From: Gammaproteobacteria bacterium
GTDB taxonomy: Bacteria > Pseudomonadota > Gammaproteobacteria > UBA6429 > Thiohalophilaceae
Direction of reading: 5' to 3'
DNA: 64,000 nucleotides
Assembly: GCA_030617815.1 (NCBI GenBank)
Contig: JAUWUS010000002.1
Span: forward strand, 2,867 to 66,866
Shown here: positions 19,533-31,328 of the stretch, piece after piece
Layout: every line of letters starts with the position of its first letter
How positions within the stretch are numbered: the first letter of the stretch is position 1
Made by a program: the position numbers and the translations under genes
The notes under the pieces: model-generated
What the model saw: the letters and a program-made list of their open reading frames with translations, nothing else
Database searches by the model: none
Told to the model about the DNA's origin: nothing

Positions 19533-20260
19533 AATGGTTTATACCAATGTAAACTTCTTGTTTTAAGTGGTTTGTCACCCAGATGATGACTCAAAATAAT
19601 TCTCATAAGCTGTTTCGCTTCTTTTTGGCTTTGCGCACAACTAAATTCTCCAACAGAAAGATCAAGTAAAGTTTGTCCGGAAATAATAAACTCACCATTC
19701 ACTTCATTAATTTTTATATTTACCGGCCCTTTTTCAACATCGTAATAATACATTTCATCTTTACTCAAAGCATCTCCATTTTCAGATTCTACTTCAAGGT
19801 TTAAACCATAACCAATTTCAGCTAATAATTTTTTTTCAAATCGTCTAAGCACTAATTCATCATCATTATTTAAAAAACTTTCTAATGTTTTTTTATATAT
19901 AGAAAACAATTCAGGATGCGGATCATGAAAAGTCATTAAACGCTGTAATAATTCATTAATATAATATGCACTCATCACCTGTTTGCCTGACAAGTTAATC
20001 GTGCTTTTAACAGATTCTGCTCCTGTTAAGGTTTGTACCTCACCTTTTCCAGACCAGGAAATAATAAGTGGAGTAAAAGGTTCTAATATACCCTGTAATC
20101 TAGAGCGTGGTGAACGTGCTCCTTTTGCAACCAGAGTTATTCGACCATAATCGAGAGTAAAAATATCCAGCAAACGACTAGTGTTTTGAAAATCACGCCC
20201 ATGAAGAATAAAAGCAGATTGCAGACTAACACGGTGACTCTGATGACTAGCTGCTAACAT
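19529..20260 (-). CDS. recO: DNA repair protein RecO
   Basis: Size, the [19 protein letters not shown]-terminal OB-fold pattern, and its position between era and pdxJ. Confidence 0.88.
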   Translation of the reverse strand: MLAASHQSHRVSLQSAFILHGRDFQNTSRLLDIFTLDYGRITLVAKGARSPRSRLQGILEPFTPLIISWSGKGEVQTLTGAESVKSTINLSGKQVMSAYYINELLQRLMTFHDPHPELFSIYKKTLESFLNNDDELVLRRFEKKLLAEIGYGLNLEVESENGDALSKDEMYYYDVEKGPVNIKINEVNGEFIISGQTLLDLSVGEFSCAQSQKEAKQLMRIILSHHLGDKPLKTRSLHWYKPL

Positions 20261-20263
20261 AAA

Positions 20264-21172
20264 TTAATAATCGTCAATATAACCGAGACTGTTTAATGCT
20301 CTTTCATCATCTGACCAGCCACTTTTTACTTTTACCCACAACTGTAAAAATACTTTTTGTCCAAACATTTTTTCCATATCAATTCGTGCTTTAGTGCCCA
20401 TATCTTTGAGCTTTGCGCCATTTTTACCAATAATAATCGCTTTTTGATTATCACGCTCAACCCAGATAATTGCAGCGATATCGAGTAATTTACCATCTTG
20501 GGTAAACTTTTCAATTTCAACAGTCAGGTTATAAGGAAGTTCCTGGGTAAGGTTACGCGTGAGTTTTTCTCGAATAATTTCAGAAGCCATAAACCGTTCA
20601 CTACGATCGGTAATTTGATCTTCAGAATAAAATGCTTCGGAAGGAGGAAGGTAATCTAAAATAATTTTTTCGAAGCTTTCAATGTTATCCCCTTTTTTCG
20701 CTGATAAGGGAATAATATCTTTAAATTCATATTTATTTTTAATTTTTTCAATAAATGGTAATAACTCTTCTTTTTTCTTTATAAAATCAACTTTATTTAC
20801 TGCCAGAATGACAGGCGTAGATATATTTTGCAGACGTTTAATCACCAATTCATCTTCTTCTGTCCAGCGCATTGCTTCAACCAGGAGAACAATAACATCA
20901 ACATGTTTAAAACTCACACCTGCGGTACGATTCATATAACGGTTCATCGCTTTTTTTTCATTGTCATGAATACCAGGAGTATCAACATAAACAATTTGTG
21001 CAGCATCCGTGGTTTTAATTCCAAGAATGCGATGGCGAGTTGTTTGTGGCCTGTGTGAAGTAATACTGATTTTTTGCCCAAGAATAAAATTCATCAAGGT
21101 TGACTTACCCACGTTAGGACGACCAATGAGTGCGACGTAACCACAACGAAAATCTTCTTTAGTATTATTCAT
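20264..21172 (-). CDS. era: GTPase Era
   Basis: G1 GRPNVGKST, G3 DTPG, G4 NKVD, C-terminal KH domain. Confidence 0.96.
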   Translation of the reverse strand: MNNTKEDFRCGYVALIGRPNVGKSTLMNFILGQKISITSHRPQTTRHRILGIKTTDAAQIVYVDTPGIHDNEKKAMNRYMNRTAGVSFKHVDVIVLLVEAMRWTEEDELVIKRLQNISTPVILAVNKVDFIKKKEELLPFIEKIKNKYEFKDIIPLSAKKGDNIESFEKIILDYLPPSEAFYSEDQITDRSERFMASEIIREKLTRNLTQELPYNLTVEIEKFTQDGKLLDIAAIIWVERDNQKAIIIGKNGAKLKDMGTKARIDMEKMFGQKVFLQLWVKVKSGWSDDERALNSLGYIDDY

Positions 21173-21851
21173 GAATTAGTGTATCTAGTGCTTTTTCTGC
21201 TGCAGCTTGCTCGGCCTTACGGCGACTACTGCCGGTTGCAACAACATGGTTAGAAAAACCTTTTATTGAGCAAGAAACTTTAAAGGTTTGTTGATGTTCT
21301 TTCCCGGATATAGAAACAACATCATATGTGGGTAACGGCAACCCCCTGGATTGAAGATGCTCTTGTAAACGTGTTTTAGGATCTTTTAAAACACCACCGG
21401 GTTGACAATTATTTAAACGACTGTGAAAAATTTTTAGAATTATTTCTTTAACTTTTCCTATTCCGGAATCCGCAGATGAATCAAGATAAATGGCGCCAAT
21501 TATTGCCTCTACTACGTCAGCCAATGTCGACGCACGCCGATAACCACCACTTTTTAACTCACCTGAACCTAATTTTATATATTCGCCTAAATTTAACTCT
21601 GCGGCAATTTCGCTTAATGTTTCACCTTTCACTAAACTTGAGCGAAGGCGTGTTAAGACCCCTTCTCTTTCATCAGGGAAACGATTAAATAATTCACTAC
21701 TAATAACCATGCCCAAAATAGAATCACCAAGAAATTCAAGCCGTTCATTATTATTAGAACCCATACTGCGATGGGTTAACGCTAAAATTAAGAGCCGTTC
21801 ATCTTTAAAGTGATAGTCAAAAATCTGACTCACTTTATTAACCTGATTCAA
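21165..21851 (-). CDS. rnc: Ribonuclease III
   Basis: Signature ERLEFLGDS plus a C-terminal dsRBD. Confidence 0.96.
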   Translation of the reverse strand: MNQVNKVSQIFDYHFKDERLLILALTHRSMGSNNNERLEFLGDSILGMVISSELFNRFPDEREGVLTRLRSSLVKGETLSEIAAELNLGEYIKLGSGELKSGGYRRASTLADVVEAIIGAIYLDSSADSGIGKVKEIILKIFHSRLNNCQPGGVLKDPKTRLQEHLQSRGLPLPTYDVVSISGKEHQQTFKVSCSIKGFSNHVVATGSSRRKAEQAAAEKALDTLIHE

Positions 21852-22222
21852 ATGGCCGGAACCTCGACACTCTTTTTGAAGCTAAGGATAACATCAAGAT
21901 TACCAAACATCGGTTTTCGCACTTCATATTCAACATCAATAAGAACTTCATTCTTTATTTTTTCAATAAAAATGTGCTCTTTTGTTACATCAGATACCAT
22001 GTTGACATCCAGACGTTTTAAAATCATTTTTACAATTTGGCTATTTGGCTTCTCTCCAAGACCACGTTCATCTTTTAAGGCCGAAACAACATCACCAACT
22101 TTAAAAGAGTCAAAATAAATCGGCATAATTTTTAAAAGTGCTACCGCAAAAAATGCGAAAAAAACCAGTAATACTATTATGCTAACTCCTGTCAGCCCCT
22201 TTTGTTTATTCTTCGACTGCAT
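21848..22222 (-). CDS. DUF4845 domain membrane-anchored protein
   Basis: One N-terminal TM followed by KIMPIYFDSFKV. Sits in the conserved position between lepB and rnc. Confidence 0.7.
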   Translation of the reverse strand: MQSKNKQKGLTGVSIIVLLVFFAFFAVALLKIMPIYFDSFKVGDVVSALKDERGLGEKPNSQIVKMILKRLDVNMVSDVTKEHIFIEKIKNEVLIDVEYEVRKPMFGNLDVILSFKKSVEVPAI

Positions 22223-22278
22223 TATGTACTCCTTATCGACTTAATATTATTAGTTAAAAAGTATTTCAATCAAAATAA

Positions 22279-23067
22279 TTACTGAATAACCGTTCCGGCC
22301 CTGTGCCACTTTGGCCAGTGGCCCCATTCCCAGCTCATCCAGACAAAAAATGCACGGCCAACCAGGTTTTCGTCTGGCACAAAACCCCATACCCGACTGT
22401 CCCGACTGTTATCTCTGTTATCGCCCATCACAAAATAACTTTTCTCGGGCACCACTAAAATAAAATCCGATGCGGGCTGTAAATTACTTGTTAAAATGTG
22501 GTGTTCTAACTCCGGATTGGGCAGTTTTTCGGCCAATCTTTTAAAATTATAGTAACCGGCAGAATAATCCCCTTTAGGCTGCTGTTCGGCTATTTTTCCG
22601 TTTATATACAATATCTTATTATAATAGCCAATTTCATCCCCTGGTACACCAATTACCCGTTTAATGTAGTCAATTGAGGGATTTTCTGGATAACGAAACA
22701 CCACAACATCGCCTCTTTCAGGGTTACCCAGCTCAATAATTTTTTTATTTATGACAGGTAGCCGTACCCCATAACTAAACTTGCTTACCAGAATAAAATC
22801 ACCTATTTCCAGTGTGGGTAACATCGAACCCGAAGGAATTCTAAAGGGTTCTGCAATAAACCCACGTAACAAAAAGACAATAAGCACCACGGGAAAAATA
22901 AAACGTGCAAACTCAACCAGTGCAGGTTCATTAGTGAGATCGCTGTCTTGCTGCTCAATAATTTCACCGGTATTTCTTTTAGGTGCGAATAACCATGCAT
23001 CAATAGCCCAAATGCTCCCTGAAACCAGAACCACAATGACAAGCACTAGTGAAAAATCAATATTCAT
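22279..23067 (-). CDS. lepB: Signal peptidase I
   Basis: Catalytic SGSMLPTL and KR(V/L)IG.PGD boxes, plus [11 protein letters not shown]. Confidence 0.95.
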   Translation of the reverse strand: MNIDFSLVLVIVVLVSGSIWAIDAWLFAPKRNTGEIIEQQDSDLTNEPALVEFARFIFPVVLIVFLLRGFIAEPFRIPSGSMLPTLEIGDFILVSKFSYGVRLPVINKKIIELGNPERGDVVVFRYPENPSIDYIKRVIGVPGDEIGYYNKILYINGKIAEQQPKGDYSAGYYNFKRLAEKLPNPELEHHILTSNLQPASDFILVVPEKSYFVMGDNRDNSRDSRVWGFVPDENLVGRAFFVWMSWEWGHWPKWHRAGTVIQ

Positions 23068-24914
23068 TTATCTTTTCCTGTGTTTAATACTGCCAAGAAT
23101 GCTTCTTGTGGAATTTCAACACTGCCCACTTGTTTCATTCTACGTTTACCAGCTTTTTGTTTTTCTAATAATTTTTTCTTACGGGTAATATCACCACCAT
23201 AACATTTTGCCGTTACATTTTTACGTAAGGCTTTAACATTTGTTCGGGCAATAATTTTTGCTCCAATCGTCGCCTGAATGGCAACATCAAACATTTGTCG
23301 CGGGATAATCTCTTTCATACGCTCGGTTAAATCACGTCCCCGTGAAATAGATTGATCACGATGAACAATAATAGATAACGCATCCACTTTTTCGCCGTTA
23401 ATCATGATATCCAGCTTCACTAAATCTGCCGCCTGAAAACGTACAAATTCATAATCCATTGAGGCATAACCACGACTGGTTGATTTCAGTCGATCAAAAA
23501 AATCCAGTACAATTTCATTCATTGGCATTTCATAAGAAATGGAAACCTGATTACCAAGATACTGCATATTTTTCTGCACGCCACGTTTTTCAATACAAAG
23601 TGTGATGACATTCCCGACATATTCATGCGGCACTAATATGTTAGCAACAACAATAGGTTCACGAATTTCATTAATGAAGTTGGGTTCAGGCAATTGTGCC
23701 GGATTTTCAATTTTAAAAACTTCACCTTTGCTATTTTCAATTTCAAAAACTACAGTAGGTGCAGTGGTGATCAAATTAAGATCATATTCACGTTCCAGTC
23801 GTTCCTGAATAATCTCCATATGCAACAAACCCAGGAATCCACAACGAAAACCAAAACCTAACGCAGTTGATGTCTCAGGTTCATAAAACAAAGCGGCATC
23901 ATTAAGACGTAATTTGGCTAATGCTTCACGCAGGTTTTCATAATCATCTCCGGCAACCGGGAAAAGGCCGGAAAATACACGGGGTTGGATTTGTTTAAAT
24001 CCTGGTAATGCTTCATCCGCAAGTCTATTCACTTCGGTAATGGTATCGCCAACCGGAGCACCATCAATGTCTTTAACTCCCGCGATGACATACCCCACTT
24101 CACCAGCACAAAGGGTGTCTAAATCTTTTCGTTTTGGGGTGAAAATACCGACATGATCAACTAAATGATCACGTCCTGCCGCCATAATGCGGATTTTTTG
24201 TTTCTTGCGCAAAGTGCCATTCACAACACGGACTAAAGAGACAACCCCCAGATAATTATCAAACCAGGAATCAATGATTAATGCCTGTAGTGGTGCATTT
24301 TTGTCGCCTTTTGGCGGAGGAATAAGACGAACAAGATCTTCTAATAAATCATCAATACCGATGCCCGTTTTGGCAGAGATACGGGGTGCCTCAGACGCTT
24401 CAATGCCAATAATTTCTTCAATTTCAATACTGACACGTTCAGGTTCAGCAGCAGGAAGATCGATCTTGTTTAATACCGGTACAACTTCCAGACCCTGCTC
24501 AATCGCGGTATAACAATTTGCCACACTCTGTGCTTCTACACCCTGTGCAGCATCAACAACCAATAATGCGCCTTCACAAGCAGCTAACGAACGAGAAACT
24601 TCATATGAAAAATCGACATGACCCGGAGTATCAATAAAATTAAGCTGGTAAGTTTTGCCATCTTTGGCTTTGTAATTCAGGGTTACACTCTGCGCTTTAA
24701 TAGTAATACCCCGTTCACGTTCAATATCCATTGAATCCAGAACCTGACTGGCCATCTCACGTTCACTCAAACCACCACACTTTTGAATAAAACGATCGGC
24801 AAGCGTCGATTTACCGTGATCAATATGCGCAATAATTGAAAAATTGCGAATATGGCTCAAATCACTATTGGAATCACTCACTGGGGACTGCTCACAAACT
24901 ACTCCGTTAAACAT
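23064..24914 (-). CDS. lepA: Elongation factor 4 (LepA)
   Basis: [22 protein letters not shown] and NKID motifs, plus the LepA C-terminal domain. About 18 aa lie N-terminal to the usual start, so an in-frame GTG (codon 12, ~24881) downstream is an alternative. Confidence 0.95.
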   Translation of the reverse strand: MFNGVVCEQSPVSDSNSDLSHIRNFSIIAHIDHGKSTLADRFIQKCGGLSEREMASQVLDSMDIERERGITIKAQSVTLNYKAKDGKTYQLNFIDTPGHVDFSYEVSRSLAACEGALLVVDAAQGVEAQSVANCYTAIEQGLEVVPVLNKIDLPAAEPERVSIEIEEIIGIEASEAPRISAKTGIGIDDLLEDLVRLIPPPKGDKNAPLQALIIDSWFDNYLGVVSLVRVVNGTLRKKQKIRIMAAGRDHLVDHVGIFTPKRKDLDTLCAGEVGYVIAGVKDIDGAPVGDTITEVNRLADEALPGFKQIQPRVFSGLFPVAGDDYENLREALAKLRLNDAALFYEPETSTALGFGFRCGFLGLLHMEIIQERLEREYDLNLITTAPTVVFEIENSKGEVFKIENPAQLPEPNFINEIREPIVVANILVPHEYVGNVITLCIEKRGVQKNMQYLGNQVSISYEMPMNEIVLDFFDRLKSTSRGYASMDYEFVRFQAADLVKLDIMINGEKVDALSIIVHRDQSISRGRDLTERMKEIIPRQMFDVAIQATIGAKIIARTNVKALRKNVTAKCYGGDITRKKKLLEKQKAGKRRMKQVGSVEIPQEAFLAVLNTGKDK

Positions 24915-24937
24915 AAAAAAGGCGCATTTAGCGCCTT
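24915..24937 (-). terminator. Hairpin plus T-run between the glutaredoxin-like gene and lepA
   Basis: On the minus strand it reads aaggcgc-taaat-gcgcctt followed by tttttt, which runs directly into the lepA ATG. Confidence 0.6.
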
Positions 24938-24971
24938 AACCTGGATGAAAATCCACTATACACACAAGCAG

Positions 24972-25232
24972 CTAGTTTAACGGATTTCCCATCTCGCTTA
25001 TATACTGTTGCAAGGCTTTTACATCAAGAAAATAGTGGCAAATTTCCTTTTCGCCCGCCTTGAGAACCGGAACCAAGCTGCCAAATTGTTGCTCTAAAAT
25101 GGGGTTATTATCAATATAAAGGGTATTCAAAGATAAACCCGCTTCCTCAAGATAAGTAGGAAGCAGATTTTCCATGTCTTCACATAAATGGCAGCCACGT
25201 CGGCTATATAATGTTAGTTGATTAGCAGGCAT
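24972..25232 (-). CDS. Glutaredoxin-like (DUF836) protein
   Basis: 86 aa with a CHLC redox motif near the N-terminus and a thioredoxin-fold pattern. Confidence 0.75.
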   Translation of the reverse strand: MPANQLTLYSRRGCHLCEDMENLLPTYLEEAGLSLNTLYIDNNPILEQQFGSLVPVLKAGEKEICHYFLDVKALQQYISEMGNPLN

Positions 25233-25242
25233 TAAACTGGCA

Positions 25243-26718
25243 TTACTCAGTAATTTTCAAAGGCAAAAACCTTGGTGAACCTTCACGTTGAATAAGCACA
25301 CGTACCCATTTATTTTCAGGCAATTGTTTTACAATCTTCAAAAATTGTTTTGTATTTTTAATAGTCTGACCATTTAATTTAAGTAAAATATCGCCACGTC
25401 GAATACCTGCTACTGATGCCGCCCCCATTTCTACTGATTGCACCAGAACACCATTATCAACATTAGCACTTTGTCGTTGATCTTTAGATAATGTAACAAC
25501 CCTAATATTTAATCGATTACTTTTTTTAGTTTCATGGGGACTATTATCTTTTTGGGCCAGTTCTTCTTCTGCAGGTAACTCAGCAATTGTCACTCGTAGA
25601 CGTTTTTGTTTACCATCACGTATCACTCGGAGTTTTACACTACTGCCAATAGACGCTTGTCCAACGGCGAGAGGTAAATCTGATGATCGGGTGATCGTAC
25701 TCTTGTCAAAGTGTGTAATCACATCACCCACTTCAATTCCAGCCTTCTTTGCAGGGGTGTCATCCAGGACACGTAATACAACTGCTCCCATTGGTTTTTT
25801 CATACCAAATGACTCTGCAAGTTCTTTATTCACATCCTGAATTAAAACGCCTAACCAACCCCATTTTGCATGGCCATCGCGTTTTAATTGTTCAGTGATA
25901 TTTTTAGCAACATCAATAGGTATGGCAAAAGACAAGCCCATAAAACCACCGGTGCGACTATAAATTTGTGAATTTATACCGATAACCTCTCCGTCTAAGT
26001 TAAAGAGAGGCCCACCTGAGTTACCCGGATTAATGGCAACATCAGTTTGAATAAAAGGCACATAACTTTCACTGGGTAAGGTACGGCCAATAGCACTAAT
26101 GACGCCCACAGAAACAGAATGGTCAAAACCAAAGGGCGAACCAATTGCCATCACCCATGAACCAACTTTTAAATTTGCAGATGATCCAACTTTAACAACC
26201 GGTAAATTATCCGCTTCAATTTTTAACAACGCAATGTCACTACGCGCATCTGAACCGACTACGGTTGCTTTAAGTTCACGTCGATCTTTTAATCGCACAA
26301 TAATTTCATCTGCGTCACGTATTACATGGTGATTCGTAACAACGTAACCATCTGAATCAATAATAAACCCTGATCCTAATGAATCATTTGTTCGTCTTGT
26401 TTGGATATATGAGTTTTCTTCATTTTTGAAATGATTATTTTTTTTATAACTTTGTTGTTCAAAAAAGCGGCGTAATAAATCACCAAAAGGGCCATCGTTA
26501 GGTAAACCCGGAATTTGCTGTTGCATGTTACCGCGTTTTTTTATTTTTTGTGTGGTACTGATATTTACTACCGCATCACTATATTTTTCAACTAACTGGG
26601 TAAAGTCAGGTAAGCCTGACATTGCTGCAGAAACATTAAAACTCAATAATGTAATCAGAAAAATAACCGTTGCCGAAGCACCCTTTTTAATGACAGGCAT
26701 CAACATAATATTACTCAC
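25243..26718 (-). CDS. Periplasmic serine endoprotease DegP/MucD family
   Basis: Signal peptide, His/Asp/Ser trypsin-fold motifs (TNHHV, DIALLK, GNSGGPL) and two PDZ domains. Sits in the mucD position downstream of rseC. Confidence 0.93.
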   Translation of the reverse strand: MSNIMLMPVIKKGASATVIFLITLLSFNVSAAMSGLPDFTQLVEKYSDAVVNISTTQKIKKRGNMQQQIPGLPNDGPFGDLLRRFFEQQSYKKNNHFKNEENSYIQTRRTNDSLGSGFIIDSDGYVVTNHHVIRDADEIIVRLKDRRELKATVVGSDARSDIALLKIEADNLPVVKVGSSANLKVGSWVMAIGSPFGFDHSVSVGVISAIGRTLPSESYVPFIQTDVAINPGNSGGPLFNLDGEVIGINSQIYSRTGGFMGLSFAIPIDVAKNITEQLKRDGHAKWGWLGVLIQDVNKELAESFGMKKPMGAVVLRVLDDTPAKKAGIEVGDVITHFDKSTITRSSDLPLAVGQASIGSSVKLRVIRDGKQKRLRVTIAELPAEEELAQKDNSPHETKKSNRLNIRVVTLSKDQRQSANVDNGVLVQSVEMGAASVAGIRRGDILLKLNGQTIKNTKQFLKIVKQLPENKWVRVLIQREGSPRFLPLKITE

Positions 26719-26729
26719 TTTTTAAATAT

Positions 26730-27203
26730 TTATAGATTAACAAGGAAAGAAGTATGATCCGTTTTTTTAAGTATGACTGGCTGGTAGTTATCATTTTCAG
26801 CAATAGCTTCTGAAAACCTTTTTACATGTCGCATACCAAAATAAAAACCCAATACTGCAAAAGAAATAATTAGTAACTCACTATTATGAATCTGCAGATT
26901 TTGACTAACAAACTGTCCAAAAAATGAAAATAAAAACAAATACAGCAATGGCAATAAATAAGTCATAAAAGCCCCTTTTAAAAGTGACTGCTCATTTAAA
27001 GTAACAACAACTTCATCACCCACTTGTGCATTTATTTTATTTATCACTTTCATTTTTGAAAACTTATTGCCTATCACTTTTGATAACACAGATGTACCAC
27101 ACCCTTTGTTAGCAGCACATTGTCCGCAAACTGATTTCCTTTGGGTTTCAATCCATGTTTGATTATTATCGATAGAAACAACAATGGCGTTTTCAGTAAT
27201 CAT
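26730..27203 (-). CDS. rseC: RseC/MucC family (SoxR-reducing system protein)
   Basis: CGQCAANKGCG motif followed by two TMs. Confidence 0.85.
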   Translation of the reverse strand: MITENAIVVSIDNNQTWIETQRKSVCGQCAANKGCGTSVLSKVIGNKFSKMKVINKINAQVGDEVVVTLNEQSLLKGAFMTYLLPLLYLFLFSFFGQFVSQNLQIHNSELLIISFAVLGFYFGMRHVKRFSEAIAENDNYQPVILKKTDHTSFLVNL

Positions 27204-27206
27204 ATA

Positions 27207-28190
27207 TCATTTAATATGTTCAACTGAATCGCCAATCATTTTAACCGTAGCATGCGGTACCTCACCAACAACAGTGACATGATATTCTCCAACCGCACGA
27301 CCGTAAGCATTAACTGCACCCATAGTTGAACCACCTAAAAGGTTTTTACTCTGCTTCATTTGTTTTTCAACAAATATTGAAATTGAAGACAAACCATCCG
27401 AATACATAAAATGCTCTACAGGCATCGCACTCATGGTCATTTTATGATGACGTTTCACACCTGGAATAAAACCGGGTGGAACTTTCATTACTTTCCAGCT
27501 CATGCTTTTTCTTGGTTCTTTTTTAGATTTAAAATCTTTTGCCTTATACCATGTGAATTTTTTATTTTGGCTTTTGTTAGGCGACACTAAACGATTTTTT
27601 TCAATGGCATCAGGATAATTAATTTGCGTAAACATGAATTGCTCAACTATTTTGCCATTATCTCCAATCAGATGATCCTTTAACAATAACCCTGTTTTTG
27701 CATCAACCCACAATGTATGACCATAACGATATTTATCTTTAGGTTTGATCATTAATTTTACTGCAGCACGTCCGGCAACCATGCCTTCTTTACCAAAATG
27801 AAAATTATAAAATTTTGATAGTTCTTTAATTTTGAGAGGGAAAGTTGGCGGAAACTTGGAGTCAGGACGGCTTTTATCAACCACAACCGCTTTTTTATCC
27901 GGCAAAATACAAGTAACAGTGTCACCGCTACGAATTACTTCCCGACCACTACCATCAAGTGAAATCAAACGTTCAAATTCACCTTTTTTATCCACACTGT
28001 GAATAATTTGCATAGAGGTCATTTCATTATTCTGGCCATATACAAAAGAACCTTCATAGTTAAGCATATGCGCAGCCTGATACATTTTAGCCAACCACTT
28101 CTCAACATCCTCTTTAGGATGATCAGCAACGGCAACAAAAGAAATCAGCAGCAGCGCAAGAAACGAAACAAACTTATTTTTCATTATCAA
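27207..28190 (-). CDS. rseB: Sigma-E regulatory protein RseB/MucB
   Basis: Signal peptide, size, and position between rseA and rseC. WL.KM..A....NY.G.FVY pattern. Confidence 0.88.
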   Translation of the reverse strand: MIMKNKFVSFLALLLISFVAVADHPKEDVEKWLAKMYQAAHMLNYEGSFVYGQNNEMTSMQIIHSVDKKGEFERLISLDGSGREVIRSGDTVTCILPDKKAVVVDKSRPDSKFPPTFPLKIKELSKFYNFHFGKEGMVAGRAAVKLMIKPKDKYRYGHTLWVDAKTGLLLKDHLIGDNGKIVEQFMFTQINYPDAIEKNRLVSPNKSQNKKFTWYKAKDFKSKKEPRKSMSWKVMKVPPGFIPGVKRHHKMTMSAMPVEHFMYSDGLSSISIFVEKQMKQSKNLLGGSTMGAVNAYGRAVGEYHVTVVGEVPHATVKMIGDSVEHIK

Positions 28191-28794
28191 CCTGTATTAA
28201 AGAAGGTGTAGAAGATGAAGAAACAAAACTGACTATACGGGTATAGGGCATAACACCACTTACCCGTGTTGAAGTAGAAAACTCATTATGATTAACCAGG
28301 TAACCGCTGAGTTTTGATTCAACCGCCGCATCCAGTTTTTGCCGCGTGGTAAAACTTACCTGTCTAATTTTCCCGGGTTGCAGTTGTGATGCCACTTGAT
28401 ATGTAGTCTCGGCACCATTCGCTTTTGCGATAGTACTATTATCTGATGAGACTAATTGTGTTTGCTGAACACTCAGTACCGCAATCGTACCAACCGCTGC
28501 AGCAACAGCTAAACCTGCCGCTTGTTTCAAAACGTAACGTGGGCTTAAACGACGCCACATTGGGGTAAAAATCACTGGCTCAGCTTTTAACGACTCACTC
28601 ACCGCTGCAGAAATATCCAATGAAGGGAATGCAGATAACTGTCCTTTCATTGCGTCACGCGCTAAATGATAACGCTGCCAGACATCCTGCATTTCTTTAT
28701 CTTTAGCAAGTTGCTCAAAGCATTTGTTCTGATCTTGTTGGTCAGGTAACTCACCATCCATCAAGGCAGATAATTTGTCAGTTTTATCGTTCAT
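28174..28794 (-). CDS. rseA: Anti-sigma-E factor RseA/MucA
   Basis: N-terminal LSALMDGEL...W..YHL.RD motif, central TM, and position directly downstream of rpoE. Confidence 0.88.
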   Translation of the reverse strand: MNDKTDKLSALMDGELPDQQDQNKCFEQLAKDKEMQDVWQRYHLARDAMKGQLSAFPSLDISAAVSESLKAEPVIFTPMWRRLSPRYVLKQAAGLAVAAAVGTIAVLSVQQTQLVSSDNSTIAKANGAETTYQVASQLQPGKIRQVSFTTRQKLDAAVESKLSGYLVNHNEFSTSTRVSGVMPYTRIVSFVSSSSTPSLIQVDNEK

Positions 28795-28855
28795 AATTTA
28801 CGTCTCTTTTAATATATCTAAAATAATATATCTAAATTTATTTATATCTCAGTTA

Positions 28856-29437
28856 TTAAAATTCATTCAATAATGGTCGTAATTTTTCGTCTATCGTTTC
28901 TCGCGCCCTAAAGATACGCGATCTTACCGTACCAATTGGACAAGACATGGTTTCAGCAATTTCGTCATAACTTAAACCTTCAATCTCTCTTAATGTAATG
29001 GCCATTTTCAAATCTTCTGGCAATTCATTAATGGTGCTGAAAACCATTTCGGCAATTTCATCCTTGAGTAAAATTCTTTCCGGAGAGGCATGTTCTCTTA
29101 AGCCATCCGCCCCGGAATATTGTTCCGCTTCTGAAGCTTCAATATCATCCCTCGGGGGGCGACGTCCCTGCGCCACAATAAAATTCTTCGCGGTATTTAT
29201 CGCGATGCGATAAACCCAGGTATAAAAAGCACTGTCACCACGAAAAGTTGCTAACGCCCGGTATGCTTTAATAAATGTTTCCTGGGCTAAATCCTGTACT
29301 TCCGAGGGATCGCGGACATAACGGGATAAAATATTCATGACACGTTGCTGGTATTTGAGTACCAATATGTCGAATGCTTTTTTATCGCCTTTCTGTACGC
29401 GCTCAACCAGCGCCTGATCTATATTTCTTTCACCCAT
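28856..29437 (-). CDS. rpoE: RNA polymerase sigma factor RpoE (sigma-24)
   Basis: ECF sigma regions 2 and 4: DLAQETFIKAY and LREIEGLSYDEIAETMSCPIGTVRSR. Confidence 0.96.
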   Translation of the reverse strand: MGERNIDQALVERVQKGDKKAFDILVLKYQQRVMNILSRYVRDPSEVQDLAQETFIKAYRALATFRGDSAFYTWVYRIAINTAKNFIVAQGRRPPRDDIEASEAEQYSGADGLREHASPERILLKDEIAEMVFSTINELPEDLKMAITLREIEGLSYDEIAETMSCPIGTVRSRIFRARETIDEKLRPLLNEF

Positions 29438-29485
29438 CCGGGTTATTCCTTATCCTTCATGCTTTAAAGGTTCCCGAACATAAAA

Positions 29486-29512
29486 ATAGACATTAAAAAC
29501 GGGATAGAGTTC
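29486..29512 (-). promoter_or_regulatory. Candidate sigma-E-type autoregulatory promoter of rpoE
   Basis: The minus strand reads GAACTC, then 16 nt, then TCTAT, resembling GGAACTT-N16-TCnnA. The match was made by eye only. Confidence 0.3.
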
Positions 29513-29657
29513 GCGGTTAATTAACTTTTATTCTTAACGCGATATATACGAATTTTCTTTGTTGTATCTGTTTTTATAACGTTTTTTTCAGGTAACATCA
29601 TAATTCAAACTTACTTTAACACCTTTCATTATAACGATATAGAGAATCGCCTTTTCC

Positions 29658-31265
29658 ATGCAGCATAATACAGATATTTTGATCATTGGTGGTGGCGCTG
29701 CCGGTTTAAGTCTGGCATTGCGTCTTGCCGACACACATCATATCTCATTGATTTCAAAGGGTATTTTACGAGAAGGCTCAACGCTTTATGCGCAAGGCGG
29801 GGTTGCCGCGGTACTCGATCCTCAGGACAGTATCGAATCTCATGTTCAAGACACGTTAGCGGCTGGTGCAAATCTGTGTAATGAAGATATTGTCCGCTTT
29901 ACTGTAGAACATGGTGCTGAAAGTATCGACTGGCTCATTAAGCAAGGAATAAAATTCACCCATACCAGCAATAACAAAGATTATCACCTTACCCAGGAAG
30001 GTGGACATAGCCAGCGACGTATTATTCATGCTCAGGATGCCAGTGGCCGCGCGATTGAAACAACGCTGGAACACAAAGTACGCACACACCCTAATATTGA
30101 AATTTATGAGCATCACAACGCCATTGATCTCATTACCAGCGCAAAAATGGGTAAAAATAACAATAATAGCTGTCTTGGTGCCTATATTTTAGACAGGAAA
30201 TTTAATCGAGTTGAGGTTTTCAGGGCAAAACATACCGTGCTGGCAACGGGTGGAGCAAGTAAAGTTTATCTTTATACCACCAATCCTGATACCTCAACTG
30301 GAGACGGTATTGCCATGGCCTGGCGCGCAGGCTGCCGTGTGGCGAACATGGAATTTAACCAGTTCCACCCAACCTGCCTCTACCACTCAGAAGCAAAATC
30401 ATTTCTCATTACCGAAGCAGTGCGCGGTGAAGGCGGTATTTTACGTTTGCCTGACGGCACCTCTTTTATGAAAAAGTTTGATAAACGCGCAGAACTTGCA
30501 CCACGCGATATTGTGGCTCGCGCAATTGATCACGAGATGAAACGACTCGGTACAGAATGTGTTTATCTGGATATTAGTCACAAACCGGCCAAGTTTATCA
30601 GCCGTATGTTCCCGACCATTTATGAACGCTGTCTTGAATATGGAATTGATATAACAAAAGAACCCATTCCCGTTGTGCCCGCAGCGCACTATACCTGCGG
30701 CGGCGTAATGACCGATATTAACGGCCAAACTGATATAAACCAGCTTTATGCTATTGGTGAAACCGCCTTCACTGGTTTGCATGGGGCAAACCGCATGGCC
30801 AGTAATTCAATTCTTGAATGTCTGGTCTTTGCTCAGTCGGCGAGTAAACATATTTTAAAACAACAACAAAATAAAATAGAAGATATCGAACTGCCCAGCT
30901 GGGATGAAAGTCGGGTAACAGATTCAGATGAAGAAGTCGTAGTCACCCATAACTGGGATGAGTTACGTCGCTTCATGTGGGATTATGTTGGTATTGTAAG
31001 AACCGATAAACGCCTTAAGCGCGCAAAAAGTCGGGTGAATTTATTACTAAAAGAAATTGATGAGTACTATGGTAACTTTCGTGTTACTAGTGATTTACTT
31101 GAGTTACGGAATCTCGCCATGGTTGCAGATCTTATAATTCAATCTGCCATTGAGCGCAAAGAAAGTCGAGGTTTACATTACACTTTGAACTACCCTGATT
31201 TAAATACAGAACATGAACCTGAAAATACCATATTACGACCAAAGGGGTTTGTTGAACACAAATAA
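29658..31265 (+). CDS. nadB: L-aspartate oxidase
   Basis: FAD motif IIGGGAAGL. The fumarate reductase/succinate dehydrogenase flavoprotein fold lacks the covalent-FAD His context. 535 aa and divergent from rpoE, as in many gammaproteobacteria. Confidence 0.95.
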   Translation: MQHNTDILIIGGGAAGLSLALRLADTHHISLISKGILREGSTLYAQGGVAAVLDPQDSIESHVQDTLAAGANLCNEDIVRFTVEHGAESIDWLIKQGIKFTHTSNNKDYHLTQEGGHSQRRIIHAQDASGRAIETTLEHKVRTHPNIEIYEHHNAIDLITSAKMGKNNNNSCLGAYILDRKFNRVEVFRAKHTVLATGGASKVYLYTTNPDTSTGDGIAMAWRAGCRVANMEFNQFHPTCLYHSEAKSFLITEAVRGEGGILRLPDGTSFMKKFDKRAELAPRDIVARAIDHEMKRLGTECVYLDISHKPAKFISRMFPTIYERCLEYGIDITKEPIPVVPAAHYTCGGVMTDINGQTDINQLYAIGETAFTGLHGANRMASNSILECLVFAQSASKHILKQQQNKIEDIELPSWDESRVTDSDEEVVVTHNWDELRRFMWDYVGIVRTDKRLKRAKSRVNLLLKEIDEYYGNFRVTSDLLELRNLAMVADLIIQSAIERKESRGLHYTLNYPDLNTEHEPENTILRPKGFVEHK

Positions 31266-31328
31266 TAGATTGAACCACACGACTGCATGGACGCAGGAGG
31301 TAGGGCAATACAGGAGCAATTGCTCTAC

